This document shows, in pieces, positions 45,235 to 59,783 of a stretch of 64,000 nucleotides of DNA. The translations under genes and the position numbers were made by a program. How positions within the stretch are numbered: the stretch's first letter is position 1; each line of letters starts with the position of its first letter. Below the pieces are notes generated by a model that saw nothing but the letters and a program-made list of their open reading frames with translations, ran no database searches and had not been told where the DNA came from. The stretch comes from Alloascoidea hylecoeti (taxonomy: Eukaryota), in assembly GCA_001600815.1 (NCBI GenBank), contig BCKZ01000001.1:1211389-1275388 (forward strand). The letters run 5' to 3'.

Positions 45235-48200
45235 ATGAGTCGGCTACCACCCCCTCCACCTCCTGGATGGTCTGTTCCTCCACCTCCTCCACCTCCTGGT
45301 AGATCATCTGGATTGACTGCAATTTCATCGGGATTTACCCCTGGTCCCCCTCCTGGTCTTCCCCCTGGTCCTCCTCCACCCACTAAACCTACACAACCAT
45401 TCAAATCTAGAAACGATACTTTAGAAGAAAAGAAGAAAGTTTGGATACAGTTACAATCTCGTAGATATGGGGACAACACGTTAAAGTCTAAAAAGTCTAA
45501 AATTCAGAAAAATCCAAAAAAAGAAATGCCTCCAGAGCATTTACGAAAAATTATTGAGAACCATGGAGATATGAGTACCAAGAAGTATGCTGCGGATAAA
45601 AGAGCATATATAGGTGCTTTGAAATTTATGCCACATGCGGTCCTCAAGTTATTGGAAAATATGCCTCAACCTTGGGAACAGACACGCGAAGTAAATGTCT
45701 TATACCATGTTACTGGTGCTATTACATTTGTTAATGAAATACCAAGGGTTATAGAACCCGTTTATAGAGCCCAGTGGTCAACAATGTGGACAATGATGAG
45801 AAAAGAGAAGAAAGATCGAGCTCTATTTAAAAGAATGCGCTTTCCACCCTTTGATGACGAAGAACCCCCGTTGAGTTGGACTGAAAATATTGAAGATGTC
45901 GAACCTTTAGAAGCGATTCAAATGCCTTTAGATGAAGTTGAAGATAGTAGTGTAATCGAATGGTTTTACAATCATTTACCATTAAGTGATGATCCACAGT
46001 TTGTGAACGGTACAAGCTATAAGAGATGGCATTTGAATTTACAACAACTGGCAACTTTATATCGTCTTGGAAGCTCACTTTTATCTGACATTGTTGATAA
46101 AAATTACCTTTATTTATTTGATAACAATGCTTTTTTCACAGCTAAAGCCTTGAATATTGCTTTGCCTGGTGGTCCCAAATTTGAACCACTATATAAGGAT
46201 ATAAATCCGGATGATGAAGACTATGGTGAATTCAATGCTATAGACCGAATTATATTCAGAGCGCCGATACGAACAGAATATCGTGTTGCATTCCCATATC
46301 TCTATAATTCTTTAGCAAGATCAACTCATCTTAGTATTTATCACGAACCACAATCTGTCTATATTAAAAATGAAGATCCGGATCTTCCAGCGTTTTTCTT
46401 CCACCCTGAATTCAATCCAATTACACCAATTGAGGGTCAAAAGAATGAAAATGCTGTTGTCGATTTCAATAAAAATGGCGACGAAGAAGACGATTTTGAA
46501 CTACCAGAGATTAAACCTTTCCTTCACGATAATGAATTAGAAAATGAGGATACTGCTTCGGCCATTACCTTATGGTGGGCACCATATCCATTCAAAAGAA
46601 AAATGGGTCATACAGTTAGAGCGCAAGATGTTGCTTTAATTAAAAGCTGGTACCTGGAACATCCGCCAGTTGATGAGAATGGACCATTACGAATTAAAGT
46701 TAGAGTTTCATACCAAAAGTTATTGAAAACTCATGTTTTAAATGCTCTGAAGACAAAGAAGCCTTCCTCTCAACGAAAGCAAAAATTATTAACAGGCTTG
46801 AGAGGTACTAAGTTCTTTCATTCTACTAAAATTGATTGGGTTGAAGCTGGTCTCCAAGTTTGTCAGCAAGGTTTTAACATGCTTAATTTATTGATTCATC
46901 GTAAGGGGTTGACTTATTTGCATCTTGACTACAACTTCAATTTGAAGCCTACAAAAACATTGACTACAAAAGAAAGAAAACGGTCTCGCTTTGGTAATGC
47001 TTTTCATTTAATGAGAGAAATATTGCGAATCACCAAACTGATTGTTGATGCTCATGCTCAATATAGATTGGGAAATGTAGATGCTTTCCAACTAGCTGAT
47101 GGTATATATTATGCTTTGAATCATCTGGGCCAATTAACGGGTGTTTACAGATACAAGTACAAAGTGATGCATCAGATCCGTACTTGTAAGGACTTGAAGC
47201 ATCTTGTTTATCATCGATTTAATACAGCAGGGGTTGGTAAAGGTCCTGGTGTGGGATTCTGGCAACCTGCTTGGAGAACATGGTTATTCTTTTTACGAGG
47301 AATGATACCACTCTTAGAGAGATGGCTCGGAAATCTCCTCGCTAGACAGTTTGAAGGTAGGCATTCAAAAGAGGTTGCAAAGACCATAACAAAACAAAGA
47401 GTCGATTCATACTATGATATAGAATTACGAAACTCTGTCATGAATGATATTCTGGATATGATACCTGAAGGTATCAAGCAATCCAAGTCAAAAACTGTTT
47501 TACAACATTTAAGTGAAGCCTGGAGATGTTGGAAAGCTAATATTCCTTGGAAAGTTCCAGGATTACCGCCGCGTGTTGAAAATATCATTTTACGATATGT
47601 TAAAGCTAAAGCTGATGGTTGGATTTCCCTTGCACATACTAATAGAGAAAGAATTAAAAGGGGTGATACTGTGGATAAGGCTGTTGCGAAAAAGAATCTT
47701 GGACGATTAACCAGATTGTGGATCAAAGCAGAGCAAGAGAGGCAACAGAATTGGGAAAAAGATGGTCCATATGTCACAGCAGAAGAAGCAGTGGCCATTC
47801 ATTCGATGATGGTCCATTGGTTGGAAAGCAGAAAATTTAGTCCTATTCCTTTGCCACCATTATCTTATAAGCATGATACAAAGCTTCTGATTCTAGCTCT
47901 AGAAGCTTTAAAAGAATCATATAGTGTCAAGGGTAGATTGAATTCTAGTCAGAGAGAAGAACTTGCCCTTATTGAACAAGCATATGATAATCCATATGAA
48001 TGTTTAACACGGATCAAAAAGTTTTTGTTAACTCAACGTGTTTTTAAGGAAGTTGGGATTGAGATGATGGATCACTATAATTATATAGTTCCTGTTTATG
48101 AGGTTGATCCCTTGGAAAAAATTACAGATGCTTACTTGGATCAATATCTGTGGTATGAAGGAACAGCTAGAGGATTATTTCCTAATTGGGTAAAGCCAAG

Positions 48201-51200
48201 TGATACTGAAATCCCCCCACTATTGGTTTATAAATGGTGTCAAGGAATCAATAATTTAGAAGAAGTATGGGATACTAGTAATGGTCAATGTAATGTTATG
48301 ATTCAATCAACTTTAAGCAAAGTAGCTGAGAAAGTTGATCTTACTTTGTTAAACAGATTGTTGCGTCTTATCGTGGATCCAAATATTGCTGATTACATCA
48401 CTGCAAAGAATAATATTGATCTAGCCTATAAAGATATGAGCCATCCAAACAAATATGGCATGATTAGAGGTCTACAATTTTCTTCATTTGTATTCCAATA
48501 TTATGGCCTCGTAATTGATCTGTTATTACTTGGCTTGCAACGAGCTACTGATATCGCCGGTGCTCCTAATCAACCAAACGAGTTCTTACAATTTGCAGAT
48601 GTAGATACTGAAAATAGGCAGCCAATAAAATATTATTCTCGATATATCGACAAAATTCACATGTTCTTCAGATTCACAGAGGAGGATGGAGCCGAACTAA
48701 TCCACAGATTCCTAACAGAAAATCCGGATCCCAACTTCGAGAATGTAGTTGGATATAATAATAAGAAGTGCTGGCCCCGGGATTGTCGCATGAGATTAAT
48801 GAGACAGGATGTTAACTTAGGTAGAGCGGTTTATTGGGAATTGAAAAACAGGTTACCACGATCTTTGACTACAATTGAATGGGAAGACACATTTGCTTCT
48901 GTTTACTCTAAGGATAACCCTAACTTATTATTTGAGATGGCTGGCTTTGAGGTTCGTATATTGCCGAAGTGTAGGGCCGAAACATTTGACTCATCAAGTG
49001 ATGGTGTATGGGATCTAGTTGATCAGTCTACAAAAGAAAGAACTGCAAAAGCTTATCTTCAGGTCTCGGAAGATGGCATCGCCAAGTTTGTTAATCGAAT
49101 ACGACAAATATTAATGTCATCCGGTTCTACCACTTTCACAAAAATTGCAAATAAGTGGAATTCCGCGTTGATTGCCTTATTCGCTTATTATAGAGAGGCA
49201 ATAATTTATACAAACCCTCTTCTTGATGCTTTGGTGAAATGTGAAACTAAGATCCAAACAAGAGTGAAAATCGGTTTGAACTCAAAAATGCCTTCTCGTT
49301 TCCCTCCCGCTGTTTTTTACACCCCTAAAGAACTGGGAGGCTTGGGTATGATAAGTTGTAGCCATATATTAATCCCTGCTTCCGATTTACGATATTCCAA
49401 ACAGACAGATACAGGTATTACACACTTTAGATCTGGTATGACGCATGGTGTAGATGAAGAAGAGAGAACCATCCCTACATTGATTAAATATATGACTCCG
49501 TGGGAACAAGAATTTTTGGATTCTCAAAGAGTTTGGTCTGAGTATGCCATCAAGCGACGAGAAGCACAAGAACAAAACCGTCGTTTAGCGCTTGAAGATC
49601 TAGAAGACAGTTGGGATAGAGGTTTCCCTAGGATCAATACATTGTTCCAAAAGGATAGAAAAACATTGCCTTATGATAAGGGTTATCGTGTTAGAACAGA
49701 GTTTAAACAGTTCTCCATTGCAAGAGTAAATCCTTTTTGGTGGACCCATAATAGGCATGACGGAAAACTCTGGAATCTGAATGCATACAGAACAGATGTA
49801 ATTCAATCACTTGGAGGTATTGAAACAATTCTTGAGCATACATTATTTAGAGGAACCGGTTTTGAAAACTGGGAGGGTTTGTTTTGGGAAAAAGCTTCTG
49901 GATTTGAAGAGTCCCTAAAATTCAAAAAGCTGACCAACGCTCAGCGATCCGGTTTAAGTCAAATTCCAAATCGTCGGTTCACACTATGGTGGTCACCAAC
50001 TATTAACCGTGCTAATGTTTATGTTGGGTTTGTCGTACAATTAGATCTAACAGGTATTTCTTTGCATGGTAAAATTCCAACATTGAAAATTTCTTTGATT
50101 CAAATATTCAGAGCACATTTGTGGCAAAAAATTCATGAAAGTGTTGTTTTTGATTTGGTTCAAGTTTTGGACGGTGAATTGGATAGTCTTGGAATTGAGA
50201 GTGTACAAAAAGAAATGATTCACCCAAGGAAATCATATAAAATGAATTCTTCTTGTGCTGATATACTTATGACCAGTAATTATAGATGGAGTGTGCTCGA
50301 GCCATCGCTATTGAACGACGGCAAAGAAGTCTTTATGGAAGAAAGTGCCAACAAATTTTGGCTTGATATCCAATTGAGATATGGAGATTATGATTCTCAT
50401 GATATTTCTCGGTATACGAGGGCCAAATTCCTAGATTATACAGGTGATACGGAAAGCAAATATCCATCTGCTACTGGTGTGATGATCGGAATTGATCTAG
50501 CTTATAACATGTATGATGCTTATGGCAACTGGATCCCCGGATTGAAACCTTTGATGAAACAAGCAATGTCTACAATAATGAAATCCAACCCTGCTCTGTA
50601 TGTTTTGAGAGATAGGATCAAAAAAGGACTTCAAATTTATCAATCTCAACCTCAAGAAACTTTTTTAAACTCTCAAAATTACTCAGAATTGTTTAATAAC
50701 GATATTCAATTTTTTATTGATGACACTAACGTTTATCGTGTTACTGTGCATAAAACATTTGAAGGGAATTTAACAACGAAACCTATCAATGGTGCCATCT
50801 TTATTTTCAATCCTAAAACCGGTCAGTTGTTTTTGAAAATTATTCACACGTCTGTTTGGGCAGGCCAAAAACGATTAGGACAACTAGCAAAATGGAAAAC
50901 TGCTGAAGAAGTTGCAGCTTTGGTCAGATCATTACCAAAGGAACAGCAACCAAGCCAACTAATTGTAACAAGAAAGACAATGCTTGACCCCTTGGAAGTT
51001 CATATGCTTGATTTCCCAAATATTTCTATAAGACCATCTGAATTGCAGCTCCCATTCCAAGAAGCAATGAAAATTGAGAAGATTGCTGATACTATTTTAA
51101 AAGCTACAGAGCCACAGATGGTATTATTTAATCTGTATGATGATTGGTTGAAGAGCATCAGTCCTTTTACAGCATTCTCTAGATTACTACTTATCCTTAG

Positions 51201-52392
51201 AGCTTTACATGTTAATCAAGAAAAAACCAAATTAATTTTGAGACCAGATAAGAACGTCGTTACTGAAGAGCATCACAATTGGCCTACTTTGACAGATGAA
51301 GAATGGGGATTGGTTGAACGTCAATTAACCGACCTCATTCTAAACGATTATGGCAAGAAAAACAATGTAAATGTCGGATCATTAACAACTTCCGAGATTA
51401 GGGATTTAATTTTAGGTCAAGAGATCAAAGCACCTTCTATCAAGAGACAAGAAATTGCAGAGATTGAAAAACAGAATGATGATCCCTCGCAACTGACTGC
51501 CCTTAAAACTAAAACCAAAACCGTCCATGGAGATGAAATTGTTGTTGTAACAACTACGAACTATGAACAGCAGGCTTTTATGTCCAAGACCGAGTGGAGA
51601 GCTAGAGCTGTTTCAACGACTAATCTTCACCTGAGATCGAAAACGATTTATGTCGCATCAGTGGAAGATGCTGAAGCCGATGAAAACTCTACGTTTATTT
51701 TCCCTCAAAACATCTTAAAGAAATTTATTCAAATTTCGGATTTAAGATCGCAAATTGCTGGCTACTTGTATGGAGTATCACCCCCTGATAATGATCAAAT
51801 AAAGGAAATCAAGTGCATTGCTTTGGTGCCTCAGATTGGGGATCAGAAGACTGTTCGTTTGCCACATCAGTTGCCTTCGAATGAATCAATGCTCGAAGGA
51901 CTCGAACCCTTGGGCTGGATTCATACTACGCCTTCTGAATCCAGGTACATGACTGCCGTTGATATGACAAAGCAAGCACAAATTATGACCGAACATGACA
52001 CTTGGGGTTCCAAAGCCGTTACCATGTGTGTTGCTTTCACCCCTGGTTCGGTATCTTTGTCGGCATATAGTTTGACTCCAAAAGGGTTGGAATGGGGCGC
52101 TCATAACAAAAACATCATTTCTGAAGAACCTGAAGGATATAACCCGCAATTTGGTCAGAAATGTCAATTGCTTATATCTAATCGTATTGTTGGGTTTTTC
52201 ATGACTCCCGAGAATGATATTTGGAATTATGCGTTTATGGGTGCTGGATGGAATGAAAATATTACTTATCAACTCAAGTTGGATACACCATTACCCTTTT
52301 ACCATGAGTATCATAGGCCCGTGCATTTTTCTTCTTTTAACGAGCTAGAAGGGAATGATGTTGGCGTTGAAAATGAAGATTTATTTGCTTAA
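45235..52392 (+). CDS. PRP8: U5 snRNP splicing factor Prp8, intein-free
   Basis: 2385 aa with [38 protein letters not shown] and a C-terminal MPN domain (GWIHT). Confidence 0.99.
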   Translation: MSRLPPPPPPGWSVPPPPPPPGRSSGLTAISSGFTPGPPPGLPPGPPPPTKPTQPFKSRNDTLEEKKKVWIQLQSRRYGDNTLKSKKSKIQKNPKKEMPPEHLRKIIENHGDMSTKKYAADKRAYIGALKFMPHAVLKLLENMPQPWEQTREVNVLYHVTGAITFVNEIPRVIEPVYRAQWSTMWTMMRKEKKDRALFKRMRFPPFDDEEPPLSWTENIEDVEPLEAIQMPLDEVEDSSVIEWFYNHLPLSDDPQFVNGTSYKRWHLNLQQLATLYRLGSSLLSDIVDKNYLYLFDNNAFFTAKALNIALPGGPKFEPLYKDINPDDEDYGEFNAIDRIIFRAPIRTEYRVAFPYLYNSLARSTHLSIYHEPQSVYIKNEDPDLPAFFFHPEFNPITPIEGQKNENAVVDFNKNGDEEDDFELPEIKPFLHDNELENEDTASAITLWWAPYPFKRKMGHTVRAQDVALIKSWYLEHPPVDENGPLRIKVRVSYQKLLKTHVLNALKTKKPSSQRKQKLLTGLRGTKFFHSTKIDWVEAGLQVCQQGFNMLNLLIHRKGLTYLHLDYNFNLKPTKTLTTKERKRSRFGNAFHLMREILRITKLIVDAHAQYRLGNVDAFQLADGIYYALNHLGQLTGVYRYKYKVMHQIRTCKDLKHLVYHRFNTAGVGKGPGVGFWQPAWRTWLFFLRGMIPLLERWLGNLLARQFEGRHSKEVAKTITKQRVDSYYDIELRNSVMNDILDMIPEGIKQSKSKTVLQHLSEAWRCWKANIPWKVPGLPPRVENIILRYVKAKADGWISLAHTNRERIKRGDTVDKAVAKKNLGRLTRLWIKAEQERQQNWEKDGPYVTAEEAVAIHSMMVHWLESRKFSPIPLPPLSYKHDTKLLILALEALKESYSVKGRLNSSQREELALIEQAYDNPYECLTRIKKFLLTQRVFKEVGIEMMDHYNYIVPVYEVDPLEKITDAYLDQYLWYEGTARGLFPNWVKPSDTEIPPLLVYKWCQGINNLEEVWDTSNGQCNVMIQSTLSKVAEKVDLTLLNRLLRLIVDPNIADYITAKNNIDLAYKDMSHPNKYGMIRGLQFSSFVFQYYGLVIDLLLLGLQRATDIAGAPNQPNEFLQFADVDTENRQPIKYYSRYIDKIHMFFRFTEEDGAELIHRFLTENPDPNFENVVGYNNKKCWPRDCRMRLMRQDVNLGRAVYWELKNRLPRSLTTIEWEDTFASVYSKDNPNLLFEMAGFEVRILPKCRAETFDSSSDGVWDLVDQSTKERTAKAYLQVSEDGIAKFVNRIRQILMSSGSTTFTKIANKWNSALIALFAYYREAIIYTNPLLDALVKCETKIQTRVKIGLNSKMPSRFPPAVFYTPKELGGLGMISCSHILIPASDLRYSKQTDTGITHFRSGMTHGVDEEERTIPTLIKYMTPWEQEFLDSQRVWSEYAIKRREAQEQNRRLALEDLEDSWDRGFPRINTLFQKDRKTLPYDKGYRVRTEFKQFSIARVNPFWWTHNRHDGKLWNLNAYRTDVIQSLGGIETILEHTLFRGTGFENWEGLFWEKASGFEESLKFKKLTNAQRSGLSQIPNRRFTLWWSPTINRANVYVGFVVQLDLTGISLHGKIPTLKISLIQIFRAHLWQKIHESVVFDLVQVLDGELDSLGIESVQKEMIHPRKSYKMNSSCADILMTSNYRWSVLEPSLLNDGKEVFMEESANKFWLDIQLRYGDYDSHDISRYTRAKFLDYTGDTESKYPSATGVMIGIDLAYNMYDAYGNWIPGLKPLMKQAMSTIMKSNPALYVLRDRIKKGLQIYQSQPQETFLNSQNYSELFNNDIQFFIDDTNVYRVTVHKTFEGNLTTKPINGAIFIFNPKTGQLFLKIIHTSVWAGQKRLGQLAKWKTAEEVAALVRSLPKEQQPSQLIVTRKTMLDPLEVHMLDFPNISIRPSELQLPFQEAMKIEKIADTILKATEPQMVLFNLYDDWLKSISPFTAFSRLLLILRALHVNQEKTKLILRPDKNVVTEEHHNWPTLTDEEWGLVERQLTDLILNDYGKKNNVNVGSLTTSEIRDLILGQEIKAPSIKRQEIAEIEKQNDDPSQLTALKTKTKTVHGDEIVVVTTTNYEQQAFMSKTEWRARAVSTTNLHLRSKTIYVASVEDAEADENSTFIFPQNILKKFIQISDLRSQIAGYLYGVSPPDNDQIKEIKCIALVPQIGDQKTVRLPHQLPSNESMLEGLEPLGWIHTTPSESRYMTAVDMTKQAQIMTEHDTWGSKAVTMCVAFTPGSVSLSAYSLTPKGLEWGAHNKNIISEEPEGYNPQFGQKCQLLISNRIVGFFMTPENDIWNYAFMGAGWNENITYQLKLDTPLPFYHEYHRPVHFSSFNELEGNDVGVENEDLFA

Positions 52393-54881
52393 GTTCTCTG
52401 CAAATGTATTATAACTTAAATTATATGTTTATAAGATATAAGACAGAAATCTAAGTTATAATGAATCGATTAAGCCAAAATCTTCATTTTTTCTTTTTAT
52501 TATTATTATGATTATACTAGTAAAATTAATCGAGACATCTGAACTCGTCTCTCTCTGTATATCACCGTTAAAATAAGTTGTATATTGTATTTAATAAAAA
52601 AATTTCATATATTGGACTATTATTATTATTAATTATCTATCAGAGGCCAGGAGGTAATGGAATTTTCCTCCAGTGACGGGTCCATAACTCCATGGCCATA
52701 TATATATCATAGTCTCCAGAGTCCATACTTATAGCAAAAATATATTATGTCAAGCTTACCATATAAGCGCGTCAAATATCAGAAATTAATCCAATCACTA
52801 ATTACAAAATGTATATTAAAGTTCTTTGTAGGAGAGGAAAATCTCCTCTATCGATTTATATCATGACTAATATTCGACTCAACCTGCCACCTATAGCTAA
52901 TAATAATTTGGAATTCGGGCCTCAATTCTGGACTAGAAATCTTCGTAAATGTTGCCGAGAGACTTTTTAGTGAATTCGCATAGTTGATCCGTCTTGAATG
53001 CTTTTTAATTACTTCGTGTAGTTTTGTTAGGTTTGCTTCACTCTGGTGTACGATTTTCATTGAGCTCCAAACATATTTCAAAACATTTAGATATAATTGT
53101 ATGCATATGCATAGCCACCTTCCTCTTCCAAAGAAATGGTATAACAGAGGAAAATTTCTGCCAACACGGCCTCAAATTATGATCCCAACTCCTCTCTACA
53201 CTACCGCTTTGAACTTATCAAAAGTCCATTTTCTGTGCTTTTCTTCACAACTTTTCCCATTGTCGATGTGCGTTTTTTGCTAAGTAATCTCATGAACCTT
53301 TTTCGACGGCTTAAATCTGCCAGGACTTTTCGGGATGTCTCTCTGCACGATATATTCCAGCGACAAATCACAGTTAGCTAGTGCCATACGTGCAAAGTTC
53401 AGTGTATATTTCTGGCTTTCTTTCACAACTTTTAGCAATGGGAATAGAGGAGTTTCGACCTTTAAATCACGTAAAGTACAGGGGTACTGCGTTGAAATTG
53501 TAGAACGCGTCTATTGTTTTGAAAATTTGGCGAATGGAAAAGCCACATTTGTATTTTCCCAACTACAATGAAAAGTCTCCATTTTGGTTTGTCCGTCATG
53601 TATTATCTACAGTTTTTGCTAATAGAGTAAGGGTTATTTATAACCTTTTTGAAGGTGGAACAACGTCCATGAATGATACAGTAAAATTTCAACACTTTTT
53701 ATGAAGTATGGTGGCTCACTGAAAAATTCGCCTGCAGCCAATTTTCAACTTCCATGGAACATTCACCAACAACACTAAATATAACTTTAAAGAAATAAAT
53801 CGATATATAAATGACCAAATAAAATTAATTTTTCTTCTTTTTCTTTATTGGTCTGCGTCGTGAAGTTCATGGACTTTCAAATATAGACCTTTTTTTCTTA
53901 TCAACTCTGCATATATGTAGTATGATAGACTGGCAAAAAAGCCTGGCATAATTATACCGTAGATTATGAGTCTCATTGTATCTTTGAGTATATTATAGTT
54001 AGCCTCACTAAGGAATACTGAACTGACGTGACACACTGAGGGCGGGACGTAAAAATATTTAACACAAGGTAACACAATAATGTTTGTATAACACAACTTA
54101 TAAAATCTAGATGGTTTATTAAAAAGACAATATGTAGATGCGTAATCTACACCACAGACTCAAATATACTAAGGATGCCCAAAGCATCAACATACAGTAT
54201 TATGCATATATATTATATATATGCATAGTAACTAGGATATATCGGATACCACAACATTGTTCTGTTGCGCCCACGAATCACAAAACTAGCAAGACAAATT
54301 ATTATATACTGAAATCCACTTAATCTTATCTTTCTGATAATCTTGTGCAATATTTTCTCCCTGTAATTTTTTCCGTGGTGTGAGAGTTTTCCTAAAATTT
54401 AACTCATCGACTCAGTGGATCCACTTATAAAACACAAATTTTCATTATTTCACGATTAGTTGGAAGCTGCCATATTGATATCATATTATGCCTCTATGGT
54501 CAAAAAATAGTGTAGATTATTTTCTTGAAGCGGTCATTGTATTGTAGTATGAGAATTGAAAAGATATATAAATTCTGGACAACCAATATAAGGTTGCCAA
54601 ATCACTGCAATTCAAAAGCACCATTTTTAAAGCAACCGCTAAATCACCGCCAAAATTTAAAATGGCATGTACAAGGACTCTAAAATCTAACAAGTGAGAG
54701 CAAGCTCACACTCTCAGTTGTTGAATATGGGACACAACACATGAAGACATCTTACTAATACATTGATTAATATTAATATTAATAATGATAAACACTAAAC
54801 TTCTAATTATATATAAGTAATGAATTTAAAATAAATTAATATAATCTAAGGGTATCGATTAATGTAATGGTTACTTTAAAC

Positions 54882-57800
54882 TTAATCTTTTTTAGACTTT
54901 TTTGGAACCCTGCATAACCAATATAGAGCCAATGCTCCAAACACATTAAAAATAATATAAACAATCATCAAACCAAAATTCCTCCATCTATCACCATATG
55001 AAATCTCCAATAAGCTCAAATAGCTATTTGTACTAGAATAAGAGCAAAATTCGCATTCACTTGTAGCATTTGGAGACTGGAGATAACCACCAGCAACGCT
55101 CATATATGGCTCCATATATTGATAACACGTCAAATTATTCGGAGGTTCTAGATTAACAAATTCAGTTTTTGAACAAACAACAGGAGCATTTGCAAGTGCC
55201 GTTGATAACAATCCAGATATATAATAAGTGAACGGTGAAACACGATACATGAAGATCCAAAAATGAGGCATGTTATCGGGAGTTGCCATAACACCACAAA
55301 AAAGTAATGTAAATGAAAACAATATGTTAGCAATATTACTAGCAGTATCTGCATCGCTCATTCCAGCAATAATCATATGGGCAAAGGTGCAAGTAAATAT
55401 ATAGAATGATACTATATATAGGAAAAACAAAGCACCTCGTTCTGAAGTTGAATCAGTATAAGTTGTATTATTTTGAAGGCCAATTGGATAATAAAAACAA
55501 AAGAAAGCACCAACTGACATGAGAAACTCCCAAGGAATTTCCAGAAATATATTTGATAACATGAACACTTGCCAGGAATAAGTTTTGGATGGTCCTTCTC
55601 TAACCTCATATAAAGATCTTTGGGTAACAAAATTAGGCATAATTTGTTGCACTAAACTACCAAAAGAAGTAGTGGACATGAAAACAGCAAACATTTGATT
55701 TTGAAGGCCTTGTTGAGAAGTCCCAGCTTTCCAAAATGAGAAGCCAATAAATAAAGTGGTGATATCACATAAAAAGAATTTTGACCAAATGTAAGTAGGG
55801 TCTCTCCAATATTGCTGCCAAATACGCTTGTAAACAATTCTAAATTGTTCATAAAACGATGCAGCATATGGTTCTCTCATTTCACGACCAACAGTATCAC
55901 TAGTGTGCTCCAAAATTAAACGGTTCGCCATTGAATCTAATTTTGTTTGTAACTCTTCATGCTCAGGGCTTTGTATCCAAACTTGGTGATAATCATATTT
56001 AGCTTTAGAACCAGGAGCAGCACCTATAACTTCAAGCATCCATTCAGCTGGGTTGGCATCCGGAGGACATGGATCAGCATCATATCTTTCAAAATAATCA
56101 ATTAGAGTCCTCGAATTTTCACCGATATCCCCATAATAAACAGTTTGACCGCCTTTTTGTAAAAATAATAGCCTATCAAATTGTTGAAATAGCATGGCTG
56201 AAGGTTGATGAATAGTACATAAAATAGCCTGCCCATTATTAGCAAGTTTTCTCATCAAGGTACAAATTGACCAAGCGGTTTGGGAATCAAGACCTGAGGT
56301 TGGCTCATCTAAGAATAACAATAACTCTGGTTTGGCTGCTAATTCAACTCCAATTGTTAACTTCTTTCTTTGTTCAACATTTAAGCCTTCACCAGGAATA
56401 CCAACTACTGCTTCTGAATAAGCTTCCATTTCTAAGATACGAATAACCTCATCAACGTATGATATTTTTTCTTCTCTTGGTATACTTTTAGGTTGTCTTA
56501 GTAAAGCACTAAAAGTCAAAGCTTCTCTAACAGTAGAGGTGGATAAGTGAAGATCCTGTTGTTGAACATAACCAGTTTTTCTCTGAAAAGAGCCATCTCT
56601 TGGATGACCATTAACAAGCATATCACCGGCTACGACACCCATTGTAACACGATCAGCCAGAACATCTAACAGCGTAGTTTTACCAGCACCCGTGGCACCC
56701 ATTAAAGCAGTTAATTTACCAGGTTGTACCCAACCATCAACGCCATCAAGAATTCTTCTAGGTTCACCTTTAATTTTGATATCATAGGTAACGCCTTTCC
56801 ATTGGAATAAGCCTTTTTGTTGAGCCAGATTCAGTATACCATTCTTCGTGTCTGAGTTTATATCACCATCAATAATAGCTTTCTCACCAGCATTATTGGA
56901 TTCAATATCATTTATCTTATTTGATTTTTGTAAATCATTTCTTTTAAAAATTAAAATTTCACCCTTTGATTTGGATCCAGATACATATTCAACACCAATT
57001 AAATAAACAGCGGTGAAAAATATAAAAAATGCAATAATGATACCAATATTTCTCCACATGTGTTTTGGATAATATTTAAACGACATCTCAATATACCTCT
57101 CGCCACGAACAAATGATTCTCCAGATATAGCACCAACAGTGGAACAAGAAATTGCATCAGTTGGAACTGAAGAATATCCTGTCCCAGATGGAATATAAAC
57201 AGAACAAGGAAACTTTCGACCATCAAATTCATTGACCATTAGAGTTTCAAACCCATAACCAATTGGATTTATATAATTGATCCACCTAAACCATGGGTGC
57301 ATATTTTTAATAGGTATTGCAAATCCAGTATAAATGACCAAAGCTAGAATTAAAAGTGATGCAAAAGGCATAGCTTGTTCAATAGTTTTTGTAAATGAAG
57401 CAATTGTTCTGAAGATACTAGACATTGTCATTGTTGTCAAAAATGAGAACAAAAAGAATATAAAAAAATGGCCTGGTGATCTTCTTAAATTAGACATGAA
57501 ATAAAGAGATAAGTTAAACATAATAGCAGTAACAACTTTTGTTGGAAAGTCACAAATCATTGATGAAGCGGCTTCACAAAATGGATGATAAAAAGCATAA
57601 CGACTATGTTTTTCAACGATATCTCTCTGATTATATAGGGTAAAAATTTCTAAAGCGGATGAAAAAGCATTCATCAAAACAGCAAAGAAAAGTAAAGCAC
57701 CCCTACTGTAAAAACTTGAAGTACTATTTTCCAAATTATAGAAAATACTTGAAATTATCAATGCCATTCCAGTATTACCAAACACAGTGGTAAAAGCCAT

Positions 57801-59382
57801 TGAAAAATCACCCCGAAGTCTTTGAAAACCTCTCATAACACAAATATCAATTTGCTTTTTTAATGATAATGTATATGGGGATTTGGGCGATAAATGCTTT
57901 GATTTTTTTGCCAGTCTTGCATCAATAAAATGGTTATAACTTTCACCGCCAGTCACAAATTCAGCATTATACTCATTTATTTCCATTTCTAGCTTTTTAA
58001 AGGTTTCACTTTCCTTCCATCTTTGTGAGAACTCATCAGGAGTTCTTGGGACCATATTCTCAAAACCTCGCCTAGTAACACGTTCCGAAGGGCTTGTTAA
58101 AGAAGTTAAAAAATCACCGGTAGTTTGTCTCTCAGGACATTCGAATCCCATTTGTACAAAAAATTCCTTTGCATCGGCAGTTGGTCCAAAGTAAATCTGT
58201 CTACCCTCATATAAAACAACCACTTTATCAAAAGTATCATAGGAGGATTGTGAAGCCTGATATAATGAGACAAACATCGTTGCTTTTGTTGTTTTCGCAG
58301 TTCTTCTCAACATGTTACAAAATTCCAATGCAGTTGCAGAGTCTAAACCACGAGTCGAGTTATCCCAACATTGTACTGGAGAACCTCCAAGAGCAGCTTC
58401 TGCAATTGAAACACGTTTCCTTTCACCACCGGAAACACCTCTAATATAAGCATCACCAACCTTAGTATTAACTGTGTGAGACAGACCTAATGATGCCATC
58501 ATAACCTCACGCATATGGGTTGCCCATTGCTCTCTAGTAATACCTGCAAGTCTTGTTCTTGGAGTTCTTGCCAATGAAGCAAATTGTAAAGTTTCTCCTA
58601 CAGTTAAATGAGGGAAATGAAATTCAGTTTCCGCATTATAAATAACTTCACCCCTAAATTCACTTGACATTTCTTCATAGCTAATACCTTGATAGTTTAT
58701 CTTTGTATCATCTTCAAGATGAAACCCATAAGTGTCACCGCTAATTGTTTTCAAAAAGGTTGAACATCCACTACATATTTGAAAAATTGCAATTAGAATC
58801 CATAATTTAGATACATCTTTAATGCACGATAAAGCGCTAAACTTACCTTCCTGGTCGTCCTAAGACTACACACATTTCACCAGCTCTAACGAGGCCGTCA
58901 AATCCTTGTAGAATATTAACTTTTCTTTGTTTTCTTTTATTTCCAAACATTCTCTTGATCATATCACCACTTGCGATTAAAATATTGAAAACAGTTTTTT
59001 GATAATCAGACTCAGTCCCATAACCATAAGCCCCAAGATCTTTGAAAGATACACCGCAGGTAACAGAAGTATTATTTGAATCTCTATTATTTAAATTCAT
59101 TATTTGTTCTGCCCAAGCTTGAGCACTAAATTCGGGATCATTTGGGTTTAATCTTGGATTTGATGTATCAATAAAAGGATTTATATCCCCAAAATCTTCT
59201 TCGGATGCATGTGAGGCTTCTGATCTTGATGTTATTGTTCTTGCAAGCTTCAATATTGTTTCTGTTTGTTGTGGGGTAAAGTTTATTTCCGATTCATCAC
59301 CGAATTTTTCATTCCCACTATATTGAGTTGGAGACCCTTTTATTTTTGTTGATGAGCCAGAGCTCTCAGTCATTGATACCAT
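54882..59382 (-). CDS. PDR/ABCG-family multidrug ABC transporter (intron 58771..58846)
   Basis: Spliced Walker A1 GRPGSGCST, VSGGERKRVSIAE, CWDNSTRGLD; NBD2 GATGAGKTT, LNVEQRKKLTIGVEL, FLDEPTSGLD; NBD-TMD-NBD-TMD layout. Confidence 0.96.
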
Positions 59383-59711
59383 TATTTTTTAGTTATATTA
59401 ATATGGGTAATAATAAGACCCAATTACAACCGCCTCTAACAAATTCTGTAAACAATAGATAAGTCCAGAGGTACAAGAAGTACTTATAAAAAAGGTCTAT
59501 AGTGATTCCAATTACAAGTAAAAATAATAGTGATATATATTAATGGGAAGGGTATAAGATCTTATATATCAAACCAGCCTCGGAAACACGGCTTGTTTAC
59601 TTTCCATATACTTAATGAAGGGTTTTATATGAGCAATTCACAGGCCTACAGGTTGATAGTGATATCATATTAAACAAGGGCAAATAGGAAGCTCGAGAAG
59701 TAACTTCCGTC

Positions 59712-59783
59712 GGTTTCTAATTATAATGAACGGATCTTGAGTTGTTCCCGTTCCGATTTTTGAGAAGATTATAATTAGAAACC
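59712..59783. repeat. Perfect 16-bp inverted repeat with a 40-bp spacer in the PDR promoter
   Basis: GGTTTCTAATTATAAT at 59712..59727 and ATTATAATTAGAAACC at 59768..59783. Confidence 0.85.

Noticed and set aside
49875..49925. PRP8 intein
   Set aside because: The usual fungal insertion site reads [13 protein letters not shown] without interruption, and the protein length is normal.
49765..49945. Alternative CUG-Ser genetic code
   Set aside because: CTG encodes conserved Leu in PRP8 ([14 protein letters not shown]), consistent with the standard code.
45228..52272. Antisense or overlapping short ORFs within PRP8 (and similar ones in PGU1, IRS4, CCH1, EFG1 and the PDR gene)
   Set aside because: Shadow frames of long conserved CDSs with no independent evidence.
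58755..58870. Defective Walker A (GSGCST) in the ABC transporter
   Set aside because: Cys in place of Lys in NBD1 is the normal fungal PDR-family signature.
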